This document shows positions 9,765-20,132 of a stretch of DNA of 64,000 nucleotides, in pieces (position 1 is the stretch's first letter; the number at the start of each line of letters is the position of its first letter). Location of the stretch: positions 186,001 through 250,000 of the IMG/VR virus record IMGVR_UViG_3300037042_006844. One strand, written 5' to 3'. A program made the position numbers and the translations under genes. Under the pieces are notes generated by a model. It was not told the origin of the DNA, did no database searches, and saw only the letters and a list, made by a program, of their open reading frames with translations.

Positions 9765-9953
9765 ATGGAATCATTCAGTGGCAAAATAAAAGGCATACGT
9801 TTCTTGATTAAAGATGCGAAAACAATTCGAATCTGGAAACCAGATAATATGTCGTTGGAAGAGTTTAGACCCCAATGCGATTTGGTGGTCAAGTATATCA
9901 TTGACGAGGGCTTTTACACTAAAAAAACGTGCAAAGTCGAAATCGTGTTCTAG
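9765..9953 (+). CDS. Small hypothetical protein
   Basis: TATTTAT motif (9750-9756) 8 nt before ATG. Confidence 0.6.
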   Translation: MESFSGKIKGIRFLIKDAKTIRIWKPDNMSLEEFRPQCDLVVKYIIDEGFYTKKTCKVEIVF

Positions 9954-10432
9954 AGATTGTCTTTGCCCACATCTCCAAACTTAAACACTATCTTATTTTT
10001 CATAATCTCCGTCACCGTATTGTATAACTGGGGATTTTTCTTTTTGATGTCTGCTTCCAGTTCTGAAATCATCGGAATAGCTGTGTAGGCACTGGCGTTT
10101 TCCATTAGTATGCGAGTCCGAATAACATAATGGTTGTCTGTTTTGCTCACGTCTTTGGGTCTATAGATTTTTGTTAGTAGTCCAAACGAAGGATCGGGAG
10201 CTTCCATTTTACTGCTCTTTTTTGTTTTTGCGAAATAGTCTAGACCTTGACCATTTTTCAATTCGAAAATCTCCACGGTTTCGTCGTAACGACCTTCATC
10301 ACTAAACAAATACTCCATACAACGCGTTGCTGCTTCTATTAAACGATAATCAGCATCATTATCCGGGTTCGTTTCTAATGTAACTTTACATTTCCAATTC
10401 GCCCCTTCCACAATGTAGATTTCGTGTGCCAT
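9950..10432 (-). CDS. Hypothetical protein, paralog of 19775-20131
   Basis: Shared Y.V...W...V / EA.T...E / T..L..NA pattern. Confidence 0.6.
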   Translation of the reverse strand: MAHEIYIVEGANWKCKVTLETNPDNDADYRLIEAATRCMEYLFSDEGRYDETVEIFELKNGQGLDYFAKTKKSSKMEAPDPSFGLLTKIYRPKDVSKTDNHYVIRTRILMENASAYTAIPMISELEADIKKKNPQLYNTVTEIMKNKIVFKFGDVGKDNL

Positions 10433-10441
10433 ATGTTATTA

Positions 10442-11230
10442 TTAGTATAGTTCAGCGGGTTTTTGGCCTGGATAGAAAATAATATCATTAGGCTCATCGG
10501 ATGGCAATTTACCAGGTTTAGTCAAAAAGTCAAAACTATAGCTGTATTTACCTATGTGCGCCAATCGAACCGTGGTGTCACAGAAAAGGGTGATGTCGCT
10601 TTCAGTGGCACGATGACAAAATGAAAAATCTTCGCCGACATAACAATCATCGATGATCATTGGTAAAAACCAAGGATGCACGTTATATTGTCCACCCCAA
10701 ATTTTAACTGGGCGCATGTTGTATTGCAGTTTGATGTTTTCATACACACTGACATGAGTATACATGAAACCGGTTGCGCTATACTGAGCCTCATACAATG
10801 CTCCGTCTCTTCCAAATTTAATTTCGGAAAAATCTGAATGAAACTGTGTGGTGAGCGCAGGCCAACCTTTCACAGAATATGCTGCTGTGATGAACGGATA
10901 TTTACCAGCACGATTGTGGTTAATCATGCGATAAACGTCTTGTGGACAAAACGCCATATCGCTGTCGATCCAAAACAAATGTTCATATCCTTCATCGATG
11001 GCTTGCTGTGCCATCACACAACGTCCTTGATCAATAGCACTAAATCCATATTTTCTATACACTCGAATGCCGTCTGCTTCCAGCTGTCGCAACGCTTCAT
11101 CACATGCTGGTTCGACAGTCGATCCTACGGGAACCAAAATGATCGTTTTAGTTTTGTCCTCTGGACTCAACTTCCAGTATTCACCTTCGTTGGCGATTTT
11201 TTCTAGTTTTGCTGGTTTATTGAAAATCAT
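10442..11230 (-). CDS. GT-A fold glycosyltransferase-like protein
   Basis: LFWIDSDM (DxD), ATGFM, GEDFSFC, HIG motifs. Confidence 0.8.
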   Translation of the reverse strand: MIFNKPAKLEKIANEGEYWKLSPEDKTKTIILVPVGSTVEPACDEALRQLEADGIRVYRKYGFSAIDQGRCVMAQQAIDEGYEHLFWIDSDMAFCPQDVYRMINHNRAGKYPFITAAYSVKGWPALTTQFHSDFSEIKFGRDGALYEAQYSATGFMYTHVSVYENIKLQYNMRPVKIWGGQYNVHPWFLPMIIDDCYVGEDFSFCHRATESDITLFCDTTVRLAHIGKYSYSFDFLTKPGKLPSDEPNDIIFYPGQKPAELY

Positions 11231-11297
11231 ATTTATACATATCCGGCCCACGAATCTTTTGGGTTTTTTTAATTAAGCACACCCTATTTATAGCCAT

Positions 11298-12053
11298 ATG
11301 ATTGTTACAGCTTGCAATATTTTCGGTAGAGCAAAAGATTTATTGCCGCATTATTTCAAACACTATTCTGGGTTGGGAATTGACAGGTTTTACTTTGGTG
11401 TGCATGGCGAAGAAAATAGTCACATATGGGAAGAGCTTCGTCATTTTGGAAACGGTTTGGATGTGCGCATATCTAAAATGCCAACCGACAAACCGTTTGA
11501 TTGTGGTCTTGATGCCGAATTCAAAACGCAGATTGGAAATTCCATTGATGGTTGGGTTGTGCCAACCGATTTAGATGAATTTCACACCATAGATGGATAT
11601 TCAGATTTTCATCAACTCGCCAAAGATTGCGAATCGGAAAATGCCGACTATGTATTTTCGCATTTTTTAGATCGCATCGCAGAAGATGGAAGTATTCCAC
11701 CGATCATCAATCCAACGATTCCAATATGGGAGCAATTTCCCAGAACGGAGCATATAACGGCGACGGTTTTGGGGGATCGAGTAAACACAAACAAATTGTG
11801 TCTGTCAAAAGCAGGAGTGCCGTTTAGAATTGGACATCATCACGTCGGTCTTGAAAATACAGAGGCGATGTATAAACAATTTTCGAAAGTCGGTGTAACA
11901 CACCATTTCAAATGGTTTGGAGAACTAAAAACGCGCGAGCTTGACAAACTAGCTGCCAATACACCCTATAAATTTTACTATACCAACGATTGGACATTGG
12001 AACATTTGAAACTTATTAATTACGTAGAATCGCACGGAGGAAAATTGATATGA
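11298..12053 (+). CDS. GT-A glycosyltransferase (GT2_4/GT92-like), tandem paralog 1
   Basis: HYSGLGID, WVVPTDLDEF, GHH, HHFKW. Confidence 0.75.
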   Translation: MIVTACNIFGRAKDLLPHYFKHYSGLGIDRFYFGVHGEENSHIWEELRHFGNGLDVRISKMPTDKPFDCGLDAEFKTQIGNSIDGWVVPTDLDEFHTIDGYSDFHQLAKDCESENADYVFSHFLDRIAEDGSIPPIINPTIPIWEQFPRTEHITATVLGDRVNTNKLCLSKAGVPFRIGHHHVGLENTEAMYKQFSKVGVTHHFKWFGELKTRELDKLAANTPYKFYYTNDWTLEHLKLINYVESHGGKLI

Positions 12054-12808
12054 TTGCCACAATTTGTTGTATCTCGGACAGACCAGATGATTTACTTCCT
12101 CACTATTTCCAACACTATGCCAACATGGAAATCGATAGATTCTATTTTGGACTATATGGAGAAGAAAATGGAAAACTATGGGACATTGTTCGGCATTATG
12201 GTCGTGGTTTGGATTTGCAGCTATACAAAATATCAACAGCTTTGTTTTTTGATTCCCCGATGGAGTGCAATTTCAAAAACCAAATTATTAAAGATATTCA
12301 TCAACAAAACCAAAATAATTGGTATGTGCCGACCGATCTAGACGAGTTTGTGACCGTAGATGGCTATTCAACGTTTCCACAATTATCAAATGCTTGTATT
12401 TCTGAAAATGCTGATTTTGTTGCATCGGAATTATTGGATCGTATAACCACAGATGGCACTTTACCGTCCAACATTCTGTCCGATAAAACTATTTGGGACC
12501 AATTCCCCAGAACGGGGAAAATTACCACCGACATTTTGGGCAACAATGTATACATATCCAAGGTTGCATTGGCTAAATCCAGCATCCCAATCAGAAACGG
12601 GCATCACTATCCTGGATATCATGGAACGGAAGGTTCCTACAAACCATTTTCGATGCGTGGCAACACACATCATTTCAAATGGTTTGGAGCACTCTCATCC
12701 AGAGAACTACTCAAATATGACTCTGCTGTGGCAAGCAAATTTGTGTGGGCATGGGAAAATTCCAAACTGAGTGAACATATTGAGGCTCATGGCGGAAAAT
12801 TGTTCTAA
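12050..12808 (+). CDS. GT-A glycosyltransferase (GT2_4/GT92-like), tandem paralog 2
   Basis: Same motifs as upstream gene, ending HGGKL; ATGA overlap. Confidence 0.75.
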   Translation: MIATICCISDRPDDLLPHYFQHYANMEIDRFYFGLYGEENGKLWDIVRHYGRGLDLQLYKISTALFFDSPMECNFKNQIIKDIHQQNQNNWYVPTDLDEFVTVDGYSTFPQLSNACISENADFVASELLDRITTDGTLPSNILSDKTIWDQFPRTGKITTDILGNNVYISKVALAKSSIPIRNGHHYPGYHGTEGSYKPFSMRGNTHHFKWFGALSSRELLKYDSAVASKFVWAWENSKLSEHIEAHGGKLF

Positions 12809-12828
12809 ATTTTACTATTTATAACCAT

Positions 12829-13191
12829 ATGATAGTCACCAGCTTACTTACACTGCACAACCAGCTTAAAATTCATCACTGGCAAACCAAAAGCTATGCC
12901 CAGCATCAAGCATTCGGAGGAACCTATGGTGATCTCACTGATTTAATTGATGAATTTGTGGAATTATTCATGGGCAAGTATGGTCGCATCAAAGCCAAAG
13001 GTGGGTTCACCATTAAACTGGAGAACTACGAAACTCTGGCACCAACCGATCTTGCTGATAAATACATTGCCTATTTAGTTGATGAACTGCCAAAAGAACT
13101 GGATGCTGAGAAAGATACCGATCTTCTCAACATTCGAGATGAAATGCTGGGGCTACTAAACAAGTTGAAATATCTGTTGACTCTGGATTGA
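12829..13191 (+). CDS. Ferritin/Dps-like four-helix protein
   Basis: HWQT..YAQH, D...D.FVE, DLLNIRDEM, YLLTL. Confidence 0.75.
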   Translation: MIVTSLLTLHNQLKIHHWQTKSYAQHQAFGGTYGDLTDLIDEFVELFMGKYGRIKAKGGFTIKLENYETLAPTDLADKYIAYLVDELPKELDAEKDTDLLNIRDEMLGLLNKLKYLLTLD

Positions 13192-13211
13192 TCGTTTATA
13201 TTTATAATCAT

Positions 13212-13610
13212 ATGGAGCAAGACCAAAAATATTGTGTGGTGAAGTTTGTTAAGTTTATCAAAGATCAACTTGGCGTAAAACAACCATTCAAAGTGAAACT
13301 CACCGACACTCGTGACCAAGACCTTAAAACATATGCGTTTTACGACAAAACGAGTGGTGATATGAAAGTTTATACCCGGGGTCGCGGAATGGCAGACGTT
13401 CTGCGCAGTATTGCTCATGAAATGGTGCATCATTTGCAGAATCAGCGTCAACAACTCAACGTGAACCATCCAGACGTGGGTGGAAAGATTGAAGACGAAG
13501 CAAATGCAGTTGCGGGACAGTTAGTAAAGAAATTTGGGTATCAGTTTCCAAAGTTGATTATATACGCCCAACAGTTTGATGTTGACAATACACCAGACGA
13601 TGGTGTATAG
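13212..13610 (+). CDS. Putative metallopeptidase (HExxH)
   Basis: AHEMVHH...EDEANA; TATTTAT-N6-ATG start. Confidence 0.7.
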   Translation: MEQDQKYCVVKFVKFIKDQLGVKQPFKVKLTDTRDQDLKTYAFYDKTSGDMKVYTRGRGMADVLRSIAHEMVHHLQNQRQQLNVNHPDVGGKIEDEANAVAGQLVKKFGYQFPKLIIYAQQFDVDNTPDDGV

Positions 13611-13618
13611 TATCATCA

Positions 13619-13912
13619 ATGAATCCTGTTACGACCACAAAATATCAAGTCAGTGCCGAAAATTTGCAGCGTGTTTTTCAAAAACACAAACTCTGCCCAG
13701 AATACCCTATTGATGCGGAAACGTTTGTGAAAGACATTCACGAAATTACAAACGTGTGCATTATCAACACGCGTAACGTAAGTTTTGTCGAACCATTGGG
13801 TGTATCTGATGTCAATGCATTCGATCTTTTCTGTCCGAGCCACAACGACCCTTTTGCCGCCACATCAAATGAGACCAGAACTACAAGCATATCTACAGCA
13901 GAAATTTCCTAA
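13619..13912 (+). CDS. Hypothetical protein
   Basis: ORF in plus-strand run. Confidence 0.5.
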   Translation: MNPVTTTKYQVSAENLQRVFQKHKLCPEYPIDAETFVKDIHEITNVCIINTRNVSFVEPLGVSDVNAFDLFCPSHNDPFAATSNETRTTSISTAEIS

Positions 13913-14387
13913 ACTTTATACCACCACCCAAGACAAAAACGATTCATTTAGCCAGTGGGGATTTGAATGCGGAGATGGATGGTTTAGGTTATTGTTATGG
14001 TTAAGTCGATATTTGCAAAACTATCTTGATCGTCAAAACAAGATGGCGGAAAAGTATCCAGATAACTATCCCAAAATTGATCAAGTTCGGGTTGAGCAAG
14101 TCAAAGAAAAATTTGGCACACTACGTTTCTACACACAAGGTGGTAACGACCGAACCCAATCTGTAATATCGTTTGCTGAATATATTAGCGGATTTTGCTG
14201 CGAGTATACAGGTAAAACTGAAGATGTGGGTTACAACAAAAAAGGTTGGATCAAAACTGCACATAAAAGTTTTGGCAAAAAAAACGATTTCTATTATGTC
14301 GATGATGAAGAACTTCGCAGCTTGTTAAAAGGGCAGCCAACTGATGTTCAACTAGAATTTAATTTCGCAGAAAATAAGAAGGATTGA
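13869..14387 (+). CDS. Phage hypothetical protein
   Basis: GFECGDGW and QVKEKFGTLRFY motifs, typical of a common phage family. Confidence 0.75.
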   Translation: MRPELQAYLQQKFPKLYTTTQDKNDSFSQWGFECGDGWFRLLLWLSRYLQNYLDRQNKMAEKYPDNYPKIDQVRVEQVKEKFGTLRFYTQGGNDRTQSVISFAEYISGFCCEYTGKTEDVGYNKKGWIKTAHKSFGKKNDFYYVDDEELRSLLKGQPTDVQLEFNFAENKKD

Positions 14388-14404
14388 TATGTATACTATA
14401 AGTT

Positions 14405-15025
14405 ATGTATACATACAAATCCCAACGCTCTCCACATGCTAACGGTGACGAATACGACGAAGAGATTATCATAACAAAGCCTTCCAAAGGGCAAAGCCAG
14501 GTTAATGGTAACGACATCTATTTCTACAGCGATGTTTCTCTCGGAACCGTTTTTGGTCTAAACAAAACAATCAGTGATTTGGAAAAGCAAATGCTTATCA
14601 CCCAAATCAGTTTGGGACTGTCCAAACCTCCACACATCAATCTTTATATCAACAGTGATGGAGGAGAAATTTTCAGTGCTTTCACCACAGTTGACCGCAT
14701 AAAAGCATGTAAAGTGCCAATCCGAACATACGTTGAAGGTATTGCTGCCAGTGCAGCCACTTTGATCAGTGTATGTGGAACCAAACGTTATATTGGTAAA
14801 ACGGGGGTCATGTTGGTGCATCAATTGCGGAGTTGGTGCGGTGGAACCCACGAAAATTTCAAAGATGAAGCAAAAAACCTCGAAATGCTATCAGAAAAAA
14901 TTCAGAGCATTTATTTGGAGCACACCAAATTCTCCAAAGCCGATCTTGAAGAACTTCTCAAACACGACATTTATTTAAGTTCTGACGAATGTCTCAAATA
15001 CGGTTTGGTCGATGAGGTTTTGTAA
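14405..15025 (+). CDS. ClpP-like serine protease
   Basis: LYINSDGG, EGIAASAA (catalytic Ser), MLVHQ (His), YGLVDEV. Confidence 0.9.
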   Translation: MYTYKSQRSPHANGDEYDEEIIITKPSKGQSQVNGNDIYFYSDVSLGTVFGLNKTISDLEKQMLITQISLGLSKPPHINLYINSDGGEIFSAFTTVDRIKACKVPIRTYVEGIAASAATLISVCGTKRYIGKTGVMLVHQLRSWCGGTHENFKDEAKNLEMLSEKIQSIYLEHTKFSKADLEELLKHDIYLSSDECLKYGLVDEVL

Positions 15026-15051
15026 CACACTTGTAACAATAGAAATCATAT

Positions 15052-15903
15052 ATGAAAAAACTATTATTATTATTATCAATCGCATTGTTGGGCATGGCAG
15101 CAGTTGGCATTGCTGCTGAAAACTCAATCAACGTCAAAGGCTCCGACACGATGGTTGTATTGGGACAAAAATGGGCAGAGGTGTATATGTCCACAAACCC
15201 GACAGTTAAAATTCAAATAACTGGCGGCGGGTCTGGAACTGGACTCGCAGCATTGCAAAACAATCAAGTGGACATCGCCAACTCATCGCGAAGCATTAAA
15301 CCAAAAGAAGTCGAGCAGTGCATAAAGACTTTTCACAGAAAGCCTGTGCAATATGTCGTTGCGTTGGATGGTTTGTCCATCTACGTCAATGAAAACAATA
15401 AAATCGACACCATCACGTTTTCAGATTTGCGTGATATTTTCACCGGAAAAATCACAAACTGGAAACAACTGGGCGGCAATGATTGTAATATCGTCGCATA
15501 CAGCAGAGAAAACAGTTCTGGAACATATGAATTCTTCAAAGAGCATGTTCTCAACGGCGCAGATTTTGCAGCCAATGTTCAAACACTAGCTGGCACTGCT
15601 CAAATCATTCAATCTGTGGCAATGGATAAAACCTCCATTGGATACGGTGGTGCCGCATACGCAAAAGGAGTTAAACAACTCAAAGTTGCAAAAACCAAAG
15701 AAGAAGGTTATTTTGCGCCAACGGAAGAAAACGTAATGACTGGCAAATATCCTATTTGGAGGAATTTGTATATTTACGTCAACCCTGATCTGGATAAAGG
15801 TGACGTTCACAAATACATCGATTGGATTAAAAGCGATGCTGGTCAATCCGTCGTAAAAACCGTAGGATATTATCCAATTCCTGCAAATATTCGAACAAAA
15901 TAA
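15052..15903 (+). CDS. pstS: Phosphate ABC transporter substrate-binding protein
   Basis: Signal peptide, KGSDT, GGGSGTG, ANSSR, SRENSSGT, YPIWR. Confidence 0.92.
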   Translation: MKKLLLLLSIALLGMAAVGIAAENSINVKGSDTMVVLGQKWAEVYMSTNPTVKIQITGGGSGTGLAALQNNQVDIANSSRSIKPKEVEQCIKTFHRKPVQYVVALDGLSIYVNENNKIDTITFSDLRDIFTGKITNWKQLGGNDCNIVAYSRENSSGTYEFFKEHVLNGADFAANVQTLAGTAQIIQSVAMDKTSIGYGGAAYAKGVKQLKVAKTKEEGYFAPTEENVMTGKYPIWRNLYIYVNPDLDKGDVHKYIDWIKSDAGQSVVKTVGYYPIPANIRTK

Positions 15904-15926
15904 CGTTTGTTACATTATTCCGTCGC

Positions 15927-15960
15927 GCCCGTGGATTTAGATGTCCACGGGCTTTTATTT
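15927..15960 (+). terminator. Rho-independent terminator after pstS
   Basis: GCCCGTGGA-N8-TCCACGGGC stem followed by TTTTATTT. Confidence 0.8.
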
Positions 15961-16066
15961 ATATAAAATCACGTTGCGTTCTGTGAATGGACTACTTATT
16001 AGCATGGCAAGTGTTTGAAAAAACCCACTTGACACTCTATAAAAAGCATATACACTTAAAGGAGTT

Positions 16067-16717
16067 ATGGAACACAACAACATTGCAAATAAAGCTATCT
16101 GTTTGAACCTCAATGCCAACTGGCAGCCTGTGGGATTCAAAACCGTAAAGGACGCTATCATCGACCTTTGTGGTTGCGATGCCAACGGCACTCCGACCAG
16201 TTTGGCACTTGACATTGACTATGAGGTTGATGCGGATGGAGAACCCATCATGACCGAGCCAAAGACAATGAACCCTGTGGCTTGGAGCGATTGGATTAAA
16301 TTACCAATTCGCAGTTGGGACTTGGTGATCCATAGCCAGACGCTCACGATCCGCGTGCCAACGGTTATCATTGCTACCAATTTTACCAAGATGCCCGTGA
16401 AGCATTTCAGAGGCAAGCCCAGCAAAGAAGGAATCTACAACCGTGATAATGGTATGTGCCAATACACGGGAAAAAAGATTGACCGTCACAATGCTACGGT
16501 TGACCACGTTTTGCCTCGCAGCAGAGGTGGTGCTGATACATGGGAGAATCTTGTGTTGTGCAGCAAAGAAGTCAACGGTAAGAAAGGCAACAAACTCAAC
16601 AGTGAGGCTGGTTTGAAGCCGCTCAAAAAGCCTATTGCTCCACAGCCAATTCCTGTGTATGCTCTGATCAAAGAGGCAAAGCATCTTGATTGGAAACATT
16701 TTTTGATCAAGACTTAG
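16067..16717 (+). CDS. HNH endonuclease (McrA-like)
   Basis: RD...CQYTG, TVDHVLPRSRGG..TWENLV, N..K; TTGACA-N16-TACACT promoter and GGAG SD upstream. Confidence 0.9.
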   Translation: MEHNNIANKAICLNLNANWQPVGFKTVKDAIIDLCGCDANGTPTSLALDIDYEVDADGEPIMTEPKTMNPVAWSDWIKLPIRSWDLVIHSQTLTIRVPTVIIATNFTKMPVKHFRGKPSKEGIYNRDNGMCQYTGKKIDRHNATVDHVLPRSRGGADTWENLVLCSKEVNGKKGNKLNSEAGLKPLKKPIAPQPIPVYALIKEAKHLDWKHFLIKT

Positions 16718-16758
16718 TTTTTTGAAAGTTTCATAGTGGTGGGGGCATATGTAAATAT

Positions 16759-16950
16759 ATGCCTTCACCACGCCACAAACTATTTCAAATTACCCTCGAC
16801 GGAGAAACTGTCGAGCTTTCCCACGAACTCGTAAAATTCTATCTCAAAGAAACACAACGACAGGTTCCTCGTCGTAGTTCTATGGAGAAATTTTTCAACA
16901 ATATGATACGGCATTACGCCGACCGATCATCCTTCAATAAAACAGATTAA
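16759..16950 (+). CDS. Small hypothetical protein
   Basis: ORF preceded by TATGTAA motif variant. Confidence 0.5.
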   Translation: MPSPRHKLFQITLDGETVELSHELVKFYLKETQRQVPRRSSMEKFFNNMIRHYADRSSFNKTD

Positions 16951-17317
16951 ATGGAGCACGTTTCCATTTACCCGCCAGATGTAAATACAAAAAATTGTCG
17001 TCGGTTCGCAATTCTCCCTCAATACCGAACGTGTTGCTTGTTGCCGGAGGAATTGCGCCAGCATTGAAAATGATCGACGTAAACGAACCCGTATCGGCAG
17101 TCAATGGACCCACCAATGTTGTTGGACCTTGAACAAACAGAGCCGATGCACTAACAGCACTTCCAGAGATGTTGAAAGGTGGCAAGTTCTGGCTACCAAT
17201 CAACACACCCGCAGTATCAGTCTGCAAAATCAGCTTCGATCCAGAAATAACCCGCTCCACAAATTTTGTGTTTTGTGGTGTTCTTTGCGGGATTACAATG
17301 TCATATTTTCGTGGCAT
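16934..17317 (-). CDS. Hypothetical, possibly structural/fibre-like protein
   Basis: ISGS/TGSF repeats and GELRTDDNFLY...WKR C-terminal motif; TATTTAT upstream. Confidence 0.55.
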   Translation of the reverse strand: MPRKYDIVIPQRTPQNTKFVERVISGSKLILQTDTAGVLIGSQNLPPFNISGSAVSASALFVQGPTTLVGPLTADTGSFTSIIFNAGAIPPATSNTFGIEGELRTDDNFLYLHLAGKWKRAPFNLFY

Positions 17318-17409
17318 AGTTTATCTAATAAATATAAATATCGTGCCATTGCAACATTCACCTGAAAATAAACACCATTGTTTGTGGGTTTTTCTATTTA
17401 TAGTAGAAT

Positions 17410-17772
17410 ATGAACCCCTACAAACGATACGAACGGAATATCAACCGAATAAACCGTGGAACTCCACGCTTCAAAGGACTTCACGAAGCGGTCGTTAAAT
17501 GGGTTCGCAGCAAAAGGCAATTAAACGAGATTTTTCAAATTGCTCACGCTGAAACCCTTCGCAAAGATTTTGTTGCGTTTCTCATGCATGAATTCCAAAC
17601 TGGAAACATTCGTCCCATTCATGCGGGTCCAAGCACCACCGAATTCAAGCCCCAAGATTGGATGCCAGATATTGCCGACGATCTCGTAAACAGACTCGTT
17701 CAATATTTTGAAACGACTCGTGGACAAACCGAGCGTGACATGTATTCTCCTGTTCCAATCGAACAAAACTAA
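17410..17772 (+). CDS. Hypothetical protein
   Basis: TATTTAT-N8-ATG; LHE/LNE motifs. Confidence 0.6.
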   Translation: MNPYKRYERNINRINRGTPRFKGLHEAVVKWVRSKRQLNEIFQIAHAETLRKDFVAFLMHEFQTGNIRPIHAGPSTTEFKPQDWMPDIADDLVNRLVQYFETTRGQTERDMYSPVPIEQN

Positions 17773-17846
17773 CAACATCATCTAAAATTATAATAGCAAT
17801 ACTTCTTGCTTGATGTATATTTATATGGTAATATACATACAACAAT

Positions 17847-18149
17847 ATGAGTAACTATTATATCAAAGATGACGTAAATCACCAAATCGTTTACTGTTCA
17901 ACTGTTCCAGAAGTGGTTTCGAAACTCGAAGCACTCTGCAAACGGATGATGCAGAAAAGTCGTAAAAACTTCATGATTGAAATGATTAGCCTGGGACATG
18001 GCTATGATGACACCGATGGTGTTAGTTTCACCGAACTAATGGCTGATAAGGTCGAAATCGGCGTGGTGGGCAAAGATGGTCGCCACAAACGCTGCAACAT
18101 TCACGAACACGCTCGCAATGTGAAGTATCGTGATGTAATGGGTGACTAA
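17847..18149 (+). CDS. Hypothetical protein
   Basis: ORF heading plus-strand run. Confidence 0.6.
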   Translation: MSNYYIKDDVNHQIVYCSTVPEVVSKLEALCKRMMQKSRKNFMIEMISLGHGYDDTDGVSFTELMADKVEIGVVGKDGRHKRCNIHEHARNVKYRDVMGD

Positions 18150-18165
18150 AATATAACCGCTGCGT

Positions 18166-19797
18166 ATGGTAGATTTGGATATAAAGTGGTCTGCTCCAAT
18201 TAAGCACGAAGTAGACGGCGAAACCTATTATATACGAGAGTGGAACATACCACTCCAATATAGACCACATTTTTTTGCATGGTGGAAAATCAACAAGTTC
18301 ACCATGAAAGAACGGGGTTTCGCAATAACTAAACGTGAACAAGATTGGATATTGTTAGAATCCAAAACCGATCCCACCCTATTCCACAAAAAAACGTTTG
18401 GTAGCAGCAACGCCGATGGATCGGTCCAAGTAGAACCACTTCCAAACTACAATGTCAAAAATCCAAACGGTCTGCGTCCTTGGCAGGTCAACGCCGTGAG
18501 CAAACTGGTTGCCAGCATTCAAAAATGGGGTGCTGGTGTGGATGGTAGCGATGTGGGTGTGGGCAAGACATACACAGCTTGCGCAGTAGCTAGAGAGCTT
18601 GATATGGACATTCTGGTGGTGTGCCCCAAAGCTGTGAAAGAAAGTTGGAAGCGTGTCATACGAAACCACTTCAAAATGTGGGGTAAGTGCATAGCGATCA
18701 TTAATTATGAAAGCCTCCGTGTTGGTAAAAGCGATAGTTTGATTGCCAGCTACGTCAAGCGGCGGGATACTCGCAGAAAAGAATTCGTTTGGAAAATACC
18801 CAAAACCACTCTGATTGTATGGGACGAAGCTCAAAAGCTAAAAAACGGCAAAACAAAAAATAGCGAGACCTGTTTGGCTGCGCTCAAAGCAGGCTACAAG
18901 ATGCTTTTCTGCTCTGCCACTATGGCAACCAACCCTCTTGAGTTAAGAACCGTAGGACAAGGTATAAAGCTATTCAAGAACAGTCAGCAATACTACGAAT
19001 GGGCTTACAGACACGGCGTTGTCAGAGGTAGATTCGGTATGGAATTTACTGGTGACAAAAAGGCACTTAAAAAACTTCATGAGGATATTTTCATCAACCG
19101 TGGTGTTCGTTTGAGTCGTGACACCATTCCAAACTTCCCAGAAAGCGAAATCATAGCCGAATGCTATGAAGCCGATAAAGAAGATCAAGATAAAATCAAT
19201 GCTGCATATGATGAGATGCGGCTCGAATTGCTGAAAATTGAAAAGCTCGTAAAAAAAGATCAAAAAAACTGCGCGATGGTTGCCATACTACGCGCTCGTC
19301 AACAAGTAGAAATGCTCAAAGTTCCTTTGCTCATCGAAATGGCAGAAGAAGGTATTGAGAGCGGCATGAGTGTGGTGATATTCTGCAATTTTACCGAAAC
19401 GATCAATGCCCTAAGTAATCGTCTCAACACCAAATGTATTGTCAATGGTGTTGTTAGCGATAAAAAGCGTCAGCAAGCCATTGATGATTTTCAAGCCGAT
19501 AAGGAGCGCATCATATTGGTAAACATCGCTGCTGGTGGAGCAGGATTAAGTCTGCATGATTTGAACGGAAACTTTCCACGATTGTCATTGATTAGTCCGT
19601 CCTACTCAGCAGTTTTAATGCGTCAAAGCACAGGTCGTGTTTGGCGTGACAGCGCAAAGACCAAAAGCATACAAAAAATTGTGTTTGCCGCAAATACAGT
19701 TGAAGAGAAAGTGTGCGAAACCGTGAACCAAAAACTAGAAAACTTAGATTTACTGAACGATGGTGATTTGAATTATGTCCAAGAAAACATCAATTAA
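18166..19797 (+). CDS. SF2 (SNF2/DEAD-like) helicase
   Basis: LRPWQ, GVGKT Walker A, WDEAQ Walker B, SAT, GGAGLSL, QSTGRVWR. Confidence 0.9.
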   Translation: MVDLDIKWSAPIKHEVDGETYYIREWNIPLQYRPHFFAWWKINKFTMKERGFAITKREQDWILLESKTDPTLFHKKTFGSSNADGSVQVEPLPNYNVKNPNGLRPWQVNAVSKLVASIQKWGAGVDGSDVGVGKTYTACAVARELDMDILVVCPKAVKESWKRVIRNHFKMWGKCIAIINYESLRVGKSDSLIASYVKRRDTRRKEFVWKIPKTTLIVWDEAQKLKNGKTKNSETCLAALKAGYKMLFCSATMATNPLELRTVGQGIKLFKNSQQYYEWAYRHGVVRGRFGMEFTGDKKALKKLHEDIFINRGVRLSRDTIPNFPESEIIAECYEADKEDQDKINAAYDEMRLELLKIEKLVKKDQKNCAMVAILRARQQVEMLKVPLLIEMAEEGIESGMSVVIFCNFTETINALSNRLNTKCIVNGVVSDKKRQQAIDDFQADKERIILVNIAAGGAGLSLHDLNGNFPRLSLISPSYSAVLMRQSTGRVWRDSAKTKSIQKIVFAANTVEEKVCETVNQKLENLDLLNDGDLNYVQENIN

Positions 19798-20131
19798 TAC
19801 AGGTAATTATAAAGTGTCAACGGGGGATTGGTGGGGATTGGTCGTGGTGAACCATGATATATTCGACGATCCGTATGTGGAAGCCTGCACTCAAGCTATC
19901 GAACGCAAAGTGCTTCGCATGGACTCCGATGATGATTTGAATGTAAACCCAGTTATGGTGTGCCGAAATACAGATAACACTAGCGACAGAGAGCGTTACA
20001 TCAACACCTATAAAATTCTGCTAAACGCTGGTATGCCTAGACGAGCCGAATTGCTACGAAAAGTATTTATGGCAAACATTGAAGTGGATCTGGCAACAGA
20101 GCCACTATCAGCATCATTGAAAAAATTATAA
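19775..20131 (+). CDS. Hypothetical protein, paralog of 9950-10432
   Basis: Shared motif pattern. Confidence 0.6.
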   Translation: MSKKTSINTGNYKVSTGDWWGLVVVNHDIFDDPYVEACTQAIERKVLRMDSDDDLNVNPVMVCRNTDNTSDRERYINTYKILLNAGMPRRAELLRKVFMANIEVDLATEPLSASLKKL

Positions 20132-20132
20132 T

